DNA of 64,000 nt from Octopus sinensis (Eukaryota). This document shows positions 25,163-36,832 of the stretch, one piece after another. The position numbers were made by a program, and so were the translations under genes. Below the pieces are notes generated by a model. That model saw only the letters and a list, made by a program, of their open reading frames with translations, did not search any database and had not been told where the DNA came from. Positions within the stretch are counted from its first letter, which is position 1; every line of letters starts with the position of its first letter. The DNA lies in NCBI RefSeq assembly GCF_006345805.1, contig NC_043004.1, forward strand, positions 31,992,001-32,056,000. The letters are read 5' to 3'.

Positions 25163-26590
25163 AAACACATGCATATACATTTGCACAAGCACATAGTAAT
25201 TAATATATAAGCGTACACACACATACACATTGACAGTTCACATTTCGCAATGTGTATGTGTGTGTACGCTTATATACAAACGGAGATATACATACACACA
25301 CATACGCACACAAGCATACATACACGTTCGTGAGTTCGCACTGGTGTCGATAGAATCGACTTAATACTTTTGTCTGGGGGATCAATGTTTCATCGTTTCG
25401 GGGTCGATAAATTAAGTACCAATTACGCACTGGTGTCGAGGATTTTTTCCCAATTTATATCACAGCCTCCGACAAGCTGGGGCATCCTTTTATGAAAAAA
25501 TATTTTGCAAATTTTTACAATATGACCCACACTCCACGTGCACCCTCATATCCCACTCTAGACCGATTTAGGCATATTATTGTTTTGTTTTCGTTGCTTT
25601 TGGCCCTTCAAAACCATGGGAGAAGCCTTTTCGGTAAAAAAAATAAAGAAAATATGCAAAAAATATCGTTAATATTTTTATTGGGCGACGAAATTCATCG
25701 ATTTAAGAGATATGGCTGTTATTTCTAGCACATGCCTCCTTTGTTTATCAATATCGATGAGCGAGACAGACAGAAGAGATAAGGATGAATAACACGTGTG
25801 TGTGTGCTGTTTACGTTGCAACAGGATGTTGTCTGAGTTTTTAGACGCAGCAAATGATTTGAGCTCAAATGCTGGCAATTCATTGGTTAAATTCGAAGAA
25901 TTAAACTACGTTAAACTTACAAATTACAATTTTTTCAAAAAAGCCAAGTGAAAATAATGTTTTCTTTTGACACATTCTACCAGTATACGAAGTTTCAAAT
26001 TGTTTAGTTAACTAGAAATTGTGTTGAATTCCGTCCATCAAAAAGAAAAGATCCCACTTTTTCTCTTGGCTTTCCTGAGAAAATTGTAATTTGTTTGTTT
26101 AACGTAGTTTAATTTTTCGAATTTTAACCAATCCTATGCTCTCTTTTGAGCTAAAATCATTTGCTGCGTCTAAAACTGAGACAACATCCTGTAACTAACC
26201 CTAAACCCCCCTAAATTTTTTTTCTTAATTGTTAAATTAATTTAATTATTACGCGTGTAAAAAAAACTAAAGCAATGGAATTAAATTAGTTTAACAATTA
26301 AGAAAAAAAAATTAGGGTTAGGGTTAGGGGGGAGGTTTAGGGTTAGTTACAGGATGTTGTCTCAGTTTTAGACGCAGCAAATGATTTTAGTTGAATGGAG
26401 GTAATCGATTGGTTAAAATTGCCGAAATGCTCGGATTTTCAGACGAAATATCTTACAAACTATAGAATTTTCTCAATAAAACCAAGAGAAAATGATGTTT
26501 TATAAACACATTCTACCAGTATACGAAGTTTAAAAGTGTTTAGTTAACTAGAGATTGTGTTGACATCTGCCGTTCAAATGGAAAAGATCC
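24758..26590. mobile_element. Long-TIR foldback DNA element containing a second family member (24854-26054) inserted in its left arm
   Basis: GGATCTTTTCC...GGAAAAGATCC ends, flanking 7-bp repeat TTCTCAT (24751-24757 and 26591-26597), arms of about 290 bp, no transposase. Confidence 0.8.
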
Positions 26591-27309
26591 TTCTCATATA
26601 TGTTGCTATAAACACACCTCTGGTTATTGAAGAAGGGTTTTGTTAGGGTAGATTTTCAGTTTAAATTTTTCTGGTGTCGAACATTCATCGTTTTGTCAAT
26701 GGACCCGAAAGTTGTTCGCAAACAGCAGCAGTAATTTTCTTCAGCTAAATACGCGTCATTGATTGGTTAAAATTACCAAATACAACAACTTTAACACGAA
26801 ACAACTTCTAAAATATAAAATTTTGTCAAAATCGTTAAGAGTAACTCTTGTTCTATGTGACACATTCTACCAGTATCCGAAGCTTCAAAGTGTTTAGTTA
26901 AAAAAAAAATTAATTAAAAATTTGTACGTCAAATGGAATAGATCAAACATGGATTTTTGTTTCTGTTTTTGCATAATCGCATGAATTCCCGTATGCAGAA
27001 CACAAATTCGCAAAAGTTTTCTGAAAATTTAAAAAAAGTAAAAATGTTATGAGGGTTTATATGGGGTGTTTAAACCAGAATTTCAACGTTTTCCTTTATT
27101 GACAGTCCATATTTTCGTTTCCTTTCAGCTGTTATTTCTAGAGGCAAGTCCAGAGCAAAAGACATGTGACAATGATTTTGGTTAATAGAAAGTGAAAATG
27201 ATGTTTAAAAAACAAAATATTCATTATTTCATCATTGTTTTCTTTCATTAAGTTATATCATTTTTAAAAAGCTAGCTTCTTTTTTGTTTGTTTTCATTAA
27301 ATTAAAAAA

Positions 27310-27687
27310 AGGAGTGGCTGTGTGGTAAGTAGCTTGCTAACCAACCACATGGTTCCGGGTTCAGTCCCACTGCGTGACATCTTGGGAAAGTGTCTTCTGC
27401 TATAGCCCCGGGCCGACCAATGCCTTGTGAGTGGATTTGGTAGACGGAAACTGAAAGAAGCCTGTCGTATATATGTATGTGTGCGTGTGTTTGTGTTTGT
27501 CCCCCTAGCATTGCTTGACAACCGATGCGGGTATGTTTACGTCTCCGTCACTTAGCGGTTCGGCAAAAGAGACCGATAGAATAAGTACTGGGCTTACAAA
27601 GAATAAGTCCCGGGGTCGATTTGCTCGACTAAAGGCGGTGCTCCAGCATGGCCGCAGTCAAATGACTGAAACAAGTAAAAGAGTAAT
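27310..27687 (+). mobile_element. Full-length SINE of the dominant family; many other copies, e.g. 29370-29715 (-), 31085-31280 (+), 31960-32280 (-), 43590-43960 (+), 53690-54020 (-)
   Basis: gctgtgtggtaag...ggttccgggttcagtcccactgcg head, gtggatttggtagacggaaactgaaagaagc core, gactgaaacaagtaaaag tail. Confidence 0.88.
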
Positions 27688-28260
27688 CAATTCCTACGGA
27701 TCATTTTGTCTTCATTTTCAACGATACAGTAATCCTTCGCCATATCGCAGTTTATTATTTAAGCTTACATCCTCTGAGGTGTTGTTTTGCATTTATAATA
27801 AAATTAATATACACAAATTATAAAAATAATATAAAAAAATATACAGTCCAGTACTGTTTCTGCTTCGCGGATTTTCACTTATTACGGGGGAGTTTTGGAA
27901 CGTGAGGAATTATTGTACCCTATTGTTAGTTTCGACTTGCGCTTGTGAGGACATTGGACTCATTTCATCGGCTAAAAATATATAACTGTAAATGCTTCTA
28001 TTTTGTTTATCATTATTTGGGGTGGGGGAAATGAATGCAATATTCGTCATCTGCATGCAAAACTACATCTGTGTAGGAAATTTAAAACAATCCATTGAAA
28101 TTTGAAAAATCTTCAAGTGGTGGGAAGACAGCAAAAAAAAACCTAGCCTCCGTTCTACTTATTTTGTCATCTCACTGCGCATAAGTCAAAGTGGATCTCC
28201 TTGGGATTCGAACCCATAACAGCAAGGCATGTAACTGAGCACCGCAAAGCAAGACTATCA

Positions 28261-28422
28261 CCGGACGTCTTTTGATTGGCTGATTTACTGTTTCTTTTAT
28301 CCAATCAAAACAATGCGAGAGTGAAAAGGAAAGAAAAGGAAAGTGAAGCTGCGATAATTTCAAATTTCGAACTCGGGTCACGTTGTGTTTACATAAAACA
28401 CCGACTAAACTTTTCGGTAAGT
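28261..28422 (+). promoter_or_regulatory. Candidate PIF1 promoter and non-coding exon 1
   Basis: ATTGG 28275-28279, CCAAT 28301-28305, reverse CHR-like TTTCAAA 28358-28364, and a consensus donor CG|GTAAGT at 28417-28422 that could splice to the acceptor at 31491-31492. Confidence 0.5.
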
Positions 28423-31400
28423 TAAGTGATTTTGTACTTGAAGAGAAGGGTTTTGAATTTGTTTTCTTGTGGAAGGTGGTGACTTTCACATTAAATAAAT
28501 AGTTGCATGACCAATAAGTGAGCCAAAGGGCCGAAAGAAAATCCTTATAGTTGCGGCCGTAAACTTGAAAGAAAATACCACGTAAATAAATAAATAAAAC
28601 ATAAATTCAAATGTTATTAAATTTTCAAAAATAAATAAAAATAAAAAGCAGTATTACAAATGTATATATTTAATAATCAATTTACCTTTTTCTTTTCTTT
28701 GTTTGCATTTCCCGATATATGTAAGTGCATACAAAATGTATTTAACAATATTAATTGATCAGATAATTTTTTTAGTTATCTGGAGGATGAGGTTACTGTT
28801 ATAAACACGACGGCAATTATTTATTAAGCTCAAAATCTGTTTTATAGTTACTTTCTCGTAACTTTAACGTTTAATGTCATAAGTGAATTAAAAGGAAATT
28901 AAAACCGACTCGTGGTTTTGGCCTGGCTCTGTACTGTTTTTCACGGGTGCTAATAAGAAAAGGATGAAGTTGGAAATAAGATACGCCGTATTTTTGGGTG
29001 TCCATTCTCTGTTGAAATAAAGTATATGAATCTGAAGTGTCAAAAGTTTGTGTATATCTTTAAATATGAGGGCTGAGTTTCCTATGAAGGACCGGGTACT
29101 AAAGGTTTTGTGAAGTTAACATAAAGCTGTGTCCCGTCTGTCACTTGGTAATTTGTAACGGGAAGTATTAAAAGTGATTTCAATTTTAGTTATGAACTAA
29201 AAAAATAAAAAATAAAAACCATCCTTTTAATCTAACAACGGGTCTTTCTGTAAGAAGTGAAGAAAATCCAACTTATGTGGGCGTCCTGATCCGAAGCTTC
29301 TTCATCAGATGCAAAATTTCTAAAACATTTTTCCTCTGAAATTCCTTGGTTATCTTTTTTTTTTTGTTTATCTTGTTTCAGTCATTTGACTGCGGCCATG
29401 CTGGGGTACCACCTTGAAATTTTAGTCGAATGTATCGACCTCAGTACTTATTTTTTTTTTAAACCCGGACTTACTGTCGGGCTTTTTTGCCGAACCGCTA
29501 AGTGACGGGGACGTTAACACACCAGCACCGGTTGTCAAGCGGTGGTGGGACACACATGCATACACGCGACGGGCTCTTTTGAGTTTTCATCTACCAAATC
29601 CACTCACAAGGGTTTGGTCGGCCCGAGGCTGTAGAAGACACTTGCCCAAGGTGCCACACAGTGAAACTAAACCCGGAACCATGTGGTTCGGAAGCAAGCT
29701 TCTTACAACACTGTCACACCTGCAAATTTTTTTCACTATCTTTGTTTCTTTATATTTTCATCAAAAACAAATTAACTCTCAGTCAGTAGGATATCCATCC
29801 CTACCCTCCATCCTATACTATACTGTACTTTACTATACTATAGAAAGCTGCTTATTAATTAGGTATGTAACAATTACTAAAAGTACTAAAAGAAAGCAAT
29901 TCTTAAAGGGTTCACCGTCTGAAAATATTTTCCTAAATTCATGTCCTAAGAAATTGAATTTTTTAATTTCCCACAAGGGGACAATACAAGACATGTGGGG
30001 ACAAAAAACAATTTTTTTACCTGCTGAGTATGGAGAAAGTGGTAGTATCTCTAGTCTACACAGGCTCTCCTAGACCTGTAAGAGTAATGTCATTAGTGTT
30101 CCTCTTGAGCCTTTGTAAGTGAACACTTGCAAAGATAGGAGCAAGGAGGAAATTCCAGAGGGAACATGTTTTGTGACAAAAAGGCTGAGCGTATAGGTTA
30201 GTGCAGAGTCTGGTGGGTTGGACTGAACAATGATGATAATACAAAGCAGAGAATGAGAGAGTATGACATCAAGAAAGTTCTTGCGGAATTTTAAATTTTG
30301 GTTTTAAATGATAAATTTTCAAATTAATTTCCGTTAAATTACTTTGACTTTATATATCATTTTAAAGTCCGTTTTTTGCTCAGAGTTTTATAAGGAGCTG
30401 TAGACTCAAACAGGGTAGTAAACAGGCTGTCCCACATGATCCTATTTAGAGCCCTGACCGGTTATCTGCAGCAGGTTGGCCCAGCCATGTAGGGGATAAA
30501 TTGCGCCAATACCAACCAATCAGAGTCATGAATACAGCGTGATCCAAATAGTGGCCAAAGGCTAGCTGTTCCCTGCTACGTTCAAATGCACATATATATA
30601 TAATAAATGGGAGATAGGAATTTCACCTGAGTCTATGCTACATCCTTCCTAACACCAACCATTTTACAGTGTATGCTGGGTGCCTTTAATGTAATGCTTG
30701 CACGGGTGCTTTTTATGTGACACTGGATCAAGACTCTTGCAAGCCAATCCCCTTCAGCAGGGGCTGTGGCCTTAACACTCCTGCTGTGGAGGATGGGTCT
30801 TCTTGAGTGCAGCAAGGCACCATGTATCTAGGTCCTTATCTAGGTACATTGTTGCCGGTGGGTATTGTCAAATGCATGTAAACTCCCAGTGAAATGAGTG
30901 TACGAAATATTTTTGACTTTTGGTTGAATCCATTTCACTTCCATGAATAAAGTATGAACATCATGACCTTAAATTTACATAAATATTGTAATTCTAGGTT
31001 TAGTTATCAATCTGAAAGGGATCAGCTTTCTTTTCTCTCTTACTTTCAAAGGCTTTGTTAGTTAGTGTCTTGCTGAATATAGGACAGGTGTGGTTGAAAA
31101 TTCACTTCGCAACCACATGGTTTTGGGTTTGGTCCTACTGTGTGGCACCTTTAACAAGTGTCTTCTATTATAACTCTGGGTTAACCAAAGGACTATTGAG
31201 TGGATTTGGGAGACAAAAACTGAAAAAAACTCATCTTGTATGTGTTTTTGTGTCTCTTTGTCCTGACATTGTGTGCTAATTGCAAACAAACATTTCTATG
31301 AAAATACATCCAGCCATTGTGCTGCTTAAGTTTGCAGGATCATAGGAAATATTAATATACTTTAAAACAGGTGAGGGTTGGTGAGAGGAAGAGAATCTGG

Positions 31401-31503
31401 CTATAGAAAATCTCTCAGTGAATTCTGTCTGACTATACTAGCATGAAAAAGTGGTTATTTAAGATGATAATAATGATGATTTTTTATTTCAGTGTTTTCA
31501 AGT

Positions 31504-31893
31504 ATGGCTCTGGAGTGTCAAAGCTTAATTTGTTGGGTGTCCGTGCAAGAGATATCAGCCCTTGGTAATGTTGTAAAAAGTGTACAATACAAAAATACAA
31601 CACTGTCTCTCGGACGTGATGAATACAATGAGATTATTCTGAAGTTGTTTGCTGGCAAACGAGATTTAACCTACATGTTGCGTAATATCCAAGTACATAA
31701 GAAGTTTTTTAAAGATGGCAAAGCCACCATTAAGGTATTAGACCAAAATCTTCAGCTGATGCTATCTAACTGCCCTCCAGATAAACTTGTTCTCTTCCTT
31801 AAGACAATGATGACTAAATTAGAATGCAAGAAAAAAAGTGGTTTCATAAGCAATCGAGAAAAAATGAAGACTGGTCTTAAAAGATCTTTTGAG
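31504..31893 (+). CDS. PIF1: PIF1 coding exon 1 (N-terminal PH-like/PINT domain)
   Basis: Acceptor at 31491-31492, ATG at 31504; ...HKKFFKDGKATIK...LMLSNCPPDKLVLFLKTM...RSFE|gtaaga is the PIF1 N-terminal signature. Confidence 0.92.
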
Positions 31894-33255
31894 GTAAGAA
31901 TTTACAAGTTTCATTGAAAATAAAGTTGCTAGAAATTGATGTATAACAGATAGTATCTTTTACTTGTTTCATTCAGGTGTAGCCATGCTGGGGCACCACC
32001 ATGAAAGGTTTTAGTTGAACAATTCAACTTCAGGACTTATTCATTCTATTGGTCTCTTTTGCTGAACTGCTAAGTTGTAGGGATGTAAACACACTAACAC
32101 CGGTTGTCAAGGGGTGGGACACACACACACACTCATATACAACAGGCTTCTTTCAGTTTCCATCTACCAAATCCACTCACAAGGTTTTGGTCAGCCCAAG
32201 GTGCCATGCAGTGGGACTGAACCCAGAACCATGTGGTTGGGAAGCAAACTTCTTATCACACTGCCATGCCTGTGCATATATGTTAATTATTTATAATTTA
32301 TTGCAATACAATTTATTATAAATTCATTAATGCTTGGATGGTAGAATTAATTTATCACTTGGTTTAACACCACCACTTCAGCTTTACAAGCAGAAATTAA
32401 GCAAGCTATTATTACCTCATTTCTCTTAACCATTCCTTTAATGCTTTTCCCTGCTAGCATGAGTTTGGACGACAATTTATTTGAGACAGGTTTTTTTTTT
32501 CAGACACCTATGTCTCCTGTTGTCATTCCTTACCTGTTTTCAAGTAAGGGATATCTTTATTACTCAGTTCTTTGAAAGTGCAGAGCAACCAGTCATAATA
32601 TCAGCACCAGTACTGCTCCATAGAAGCAGTGACAAGCTTGAAATATATTAACATTCATGCACACAAACACCACACATACATATACAGGATAGGCTACTTG
32701 CAGTTTTTATCTATAAGATACTCTCACATGGCATTAGTCAGCCTGGATTTGTGGTAGAAGACACTTGAAGTGCCATACATTGGGATCCCAAAACCATGTA
32801 GTTGTGAAGTGAACTTCTTAAACAAGTAATATGGTTGGAAAGCAAATTTCTTGCATGAATCTCTCTATGTTGAGAATTCAAATCTAGTAGAAGTTAGAGC
32901 TACATTTCTTCTCATGCCTGTACCCATTTGAGGGAGATTGAGCTACCAATTGTAGCACATTAAGTAGCTATATAGAGACTCCATTTACTGCACTAACACA
33001 ACACTTCCACATCACCTACATAACAGTAAAAGTACTAAGAATGAAAGTGTTCTTGAACATGGAGTGGCTCAATGTGTTGCTGCTGTAAATTCAATCTGTT
33101 ACGGTCTTTGCCACTACAAGCACAATCACAATCACCACCAAATCCCAGGCATCTATAACACCATCATAAAATATTATTTCTTCCATTCCCACAAGACAAA
33201 GCACAAAAAAATTAATATTTAATTAGGGTTTGTGTGTTTTTTTCTTTTTTTTTAG

Positions 33256-33556
33256 GAAATCAGTCCATTGACCCTAAAAGATTTGAAATTTGCAAAAGGT
33301 CTCCCTATTAATGACACTGACAAATGTTTAGATTCAACGCCAAAATCAAAGAGGAAACATTGTGAAAGAGACAAAGAAAACCAACCACAGATGAAGCAGC
33401 ATAGAGAGATTCAGCTTTCCCAGCCAAGAATATTACAGCCTTTTAAATTAACCAAAGAACAAAGGAAGGTTCTAGATATTGTTACTTGTGGGGAGAATGT
33501 GTTCTTTACTGGTAGTGCTGGAACTGGTAAATCTTTTCTTCTTCGTAGAATTATTG
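33256..33556 (+). CDS. PIF1: PIF1 coding exon 2 (Walker A)
   Basis: EISPL...LTKEQRKVLDIVTCGENVFFTGSAGTGKSFLLRRII-G|gtaagt. Confidence 0.96.
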
Positions 33557-34984
33557 GTAAGTTTACATCATCATCATCATCGTTTAACGTCCGTTCTCCA
33601 TGCTAGCATGGGTTGGACGGTTTGACCGGGGATCTGGGAAGCCAGAAGGCTGCACCAGGCTCCAGTCTTATGTGGCAATGTTTCTACAGCTGGATGCCCT
33701 TCCTAACGCCAACCACTCCATTTTGCATAAGTGCAGTCATGGTTTCATAGGAAGAAGCTTGCTTCCCAACCATCTAGTCCCAGACTCAGTTCCACTATAT
33801 GAAACCTTGGGCAAGTGTCTTCTACCACAGCTCTGGGGTAACCAAAGTCTTGTGAATGGATTTGATAAGCAAAAACTGAAAGAAGCCTGTTGTATGTATG
33901 TATAAATACATTATAAATGAACGTCACTGTCATATAAGCAATGTTCATTTGTAGTCTTCCAGGAAAGCATCTCTAGTCATGGTAAAATATTACCTTCATT
34001 GTAGACAAGTGAGTGCTGGCGAAGGGCATCCAGTTGTAAAAAAATCTGCCTTCAACACATACAAGTATGGAAAAGTAGGCATTAAATGAGGATGATGGTA
34101 ACAACATGTTAATGTCAGAGTGTGGTTAGTTTGCTTCCTAACCACATGGTTTCAGATTCAGTCCAACTGCTTGGCATCTTGGGCAAGTACCTTCTAGTAT
34201 AACTTCAGGTTGGCAGCCAAAGCCTTGTAAGTGGATTTGGTAAACAAAAACTAGAAGTTTTTGTCATATGTATATATAGTGTCTGTATTTCCCCTCATCT
34301 TCACATGTGTTCACTGGTTTGCAAACAATAGCCTTGTCAGCTTGCAATCCACCATGAAAACCTGTCTGGGATTCTCAACATGTCTTGATAAGTTGCGTGG
34401 TCCTTGCAAACAGAAAGCTCAGTCATACAGTGTTGTTTATTTCCAGTTCTCCAAGTAGATATTTCTAGGTTGTTTGTTGAGCATCCAGCTGTAGAAATCT
34501 CTGCCCCAACATATTCTGTTTGACTCACACAAGCATGGAAAAGTAAATATTAAAACAATGGTGATGGTGGCAAAGTTTAAAATCCTTATATTTTTACTGC
34601 TCATAGTTTTTGAGTGACTGCGTAAAAGTAGAACCTGTCATTTTTGCTAAAGCCATGACCAAGACATTCAGTTGAGGAAGGTTTTATTTTGGAATATCTT
34701 TTCTATCAGTAATTATGGAAACTTTGAAAAAAAGTAAGACTGCTTTTTAAGCCAAGCAGACTAAGCTAATTAGAAATACTAATGTATCTTTCCTAGAAGT
34801 AATGCCTATTATCAGATTCAAAACTTATGAACATTAAATGATGATGAATTGTGCAGCAGTTATGAAGCATCTCAAATACTCAACACCTTTACAGTGGATA
34901 TACCTGTTCTAGTTTGTTTGAAAATGTCCACTTCTTTTGAGTATTTCTTTCACTGAGAATTGTTCACAACTATTGTAATGAGTC

Positions 34985-35830
34985 AGAAGTTTTGTAATAT
35001 TTTGGTAACCTATTTTCTTTATTTGTCAAGTTACAACGAAAGCAACCTAATATTCAAAATAGAGGCCATTATGTTGCACTGTCAGACAGTGCAACACAAC
35101 GACTTTACCTTTCTGCCAGTTGTTTGATCCCACACTGATACCTGTTCTTGTCCTTCACGGTGATGAACTCCTTTACATGAGCACTGGAAATAAACCATGT
35201 TGGAACAAATAGTAATCCATGGGAGATATTTTTCCACAATCCTAACATGCATAATAGTGGTTCAGCAAGTGCCAGCTTCCAGAAAGTGTCACCAAACATG
35301 GGCGTTTTGAAAGCAAGGTGATGCATTGCATCTGGGGGAATTATGAGGGGATAATTCACTAGGAATTTGTTCTGGATGGCTGAACCATCAATGCCAACCT
35401 GTACTCTGAACAGTTGGAGTGGATATTGCCATTGTGTGGCAAGAATACCTGGCATTGGTTAACTGAAAGTGAGCTTTTTTGTAGCAAGACAATGCAAGAC
35501 CTCCTAATGACCCAGAATAAACTCCAGGAACTTGATAGAATTGAACTGATGCCACACCCAGCATATAGTCCAGATCTAGCTCCCTCGGATTATTACTTGT
35601 TCCAATTCATGGCTCATTTCCTGCACTGTGAGTGCAGGAGGTGGCAGCTTCAGTGAAGGAGTTCTTTGCCTTGAAGAACAAGAACTAGTATTGGCATGGG
35701 ATCAAAGAACTGGCAGAAAGATGGCTTCAGACGGTGCAACACAATGGCCTCTACCTTGAATGTTATGATTCTTGTGTTGTAACTTGACAAATAAAGCAAA
35801 TAGTTACCAATGTATTGTCAAAAAATGTAA
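34985..35830. mobile_element. Mariner relic(s): inverted 3'-end copy plus forward internal/3' segment
   Basis: The + strand encodes LMPHPAYSPDLAPSDYYLF. 34985-35185 is a reverse-complement copy of the 3' end found at 35650-35830. Confidence 0.85.
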
Positions 35831-36622
35831 TTATTTCCTGAATCCCAATGCTTAAACTAAATGTAAACCAATACTAAGCCTGCTCCCTGTTGACTATGTT
35901 CTGTGAGGAAAATGTGTGGGTACACAGTAGATTAAAAAATTTTTTAATAAAACTTGTCAAAGGTGGATGAGCTCTTTAAGAGTCAATGACACCCATATTG
36001 TAGGGAGGAGATGGGTACCACTAAGTTTAGTAAACTCAATGACATATTTGAATGGAGGTTATAACAATATTTAATTCCATACTAGATTGGTCAGGGCTTG
36101 CAAAGCCCCAAACTAAGAAGAGTGGGAAAGACTGATAAATAAAACTCAAGTATCTCAATAGCAGAGATGAGAACAATATGACTTGTCTTGACTTAATTCA
36201 AGGTTCTTATTGAACTTCTTAACAACTAGACTCCTCCATCAGAACATGTGGACTACATGAATGTGAGTGTGTGTGAGAGGGAAGTTGTCAAGGCTCCTCT
36301 AGACATCGTTAATATATGGGCTCATCTATTAGAATGTGTAAACATGTAGACTACATGGCTATACATGAGTGTGTGCTTAGTTTAAGATTCTTTGAGATAT
36401 CTTTAACACTGGATTCTTTCATTAGAATTTTATATGCTTGTGTGTGTGTGCTTGTTTCGAAATTTCATTTGCTCACACTATCCAACAATTAGTCATCTCT
36501 GAACCAAATTCCTTTATTCATGTCTCTGAAGAGTAACTGTTCTTTTTCACATGCAACAATAAAATGAAAGTATAAAAAGGAAAAAAACCTGCTAAATAAA
36601 CAAACATTGCCTTACATTGTAG

Positions 36623-36712
36623 GTGCCCTGCCCCCTGATCACACGTTTGCCACAGCAAGCACAGGTGTAGCTGCCTGCTATATAGGTGGAATTACTCTCC
36701 ATGCCTTTGCTG
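36623..36712 (+). CDS. PIF1: PIF1 coding exon 3 (motif Ia/Ib)
   Basis: GALPPDHTFATASTGVAACYIGGITLHAFA-G|gtaaag. Confidence 0.96.
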
Positions 36713-36782
36713 GTAAAGTATCAGTGTTTCTTTACTCTTTTTTATTTGTGTTTTTGTTGTGGTTATTGATTTCTGCTGCTGC

Positions 36783-36783
36783 T

Positions 36784-36818
<35 letters not shown>

Positions 36819-36832
36819 TAGTAGTAGTAGTA
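36783..36832. repeat. (GTA)n microsatellite
   Basis: Direct read of the sequence. Confidence 0.95.

Noticed and set aside
28170-28250. Perfect B box GGTTCGAATCCC on the - strand near the PIF1 promoter
   Set aside because: Followed by gagatccactttgactt, resembling the SINE body; no cloverleaf. Treated as a SINE-head remnant.
29579-30073. 164-aa ORF and similar ORFs with HLPKVPxSGTEPxTMWL motifs (227, 27297, 32049, 43426, 53730)
   Set aside because: The recurrent peptide is the antisense translation of the dominant SINE.
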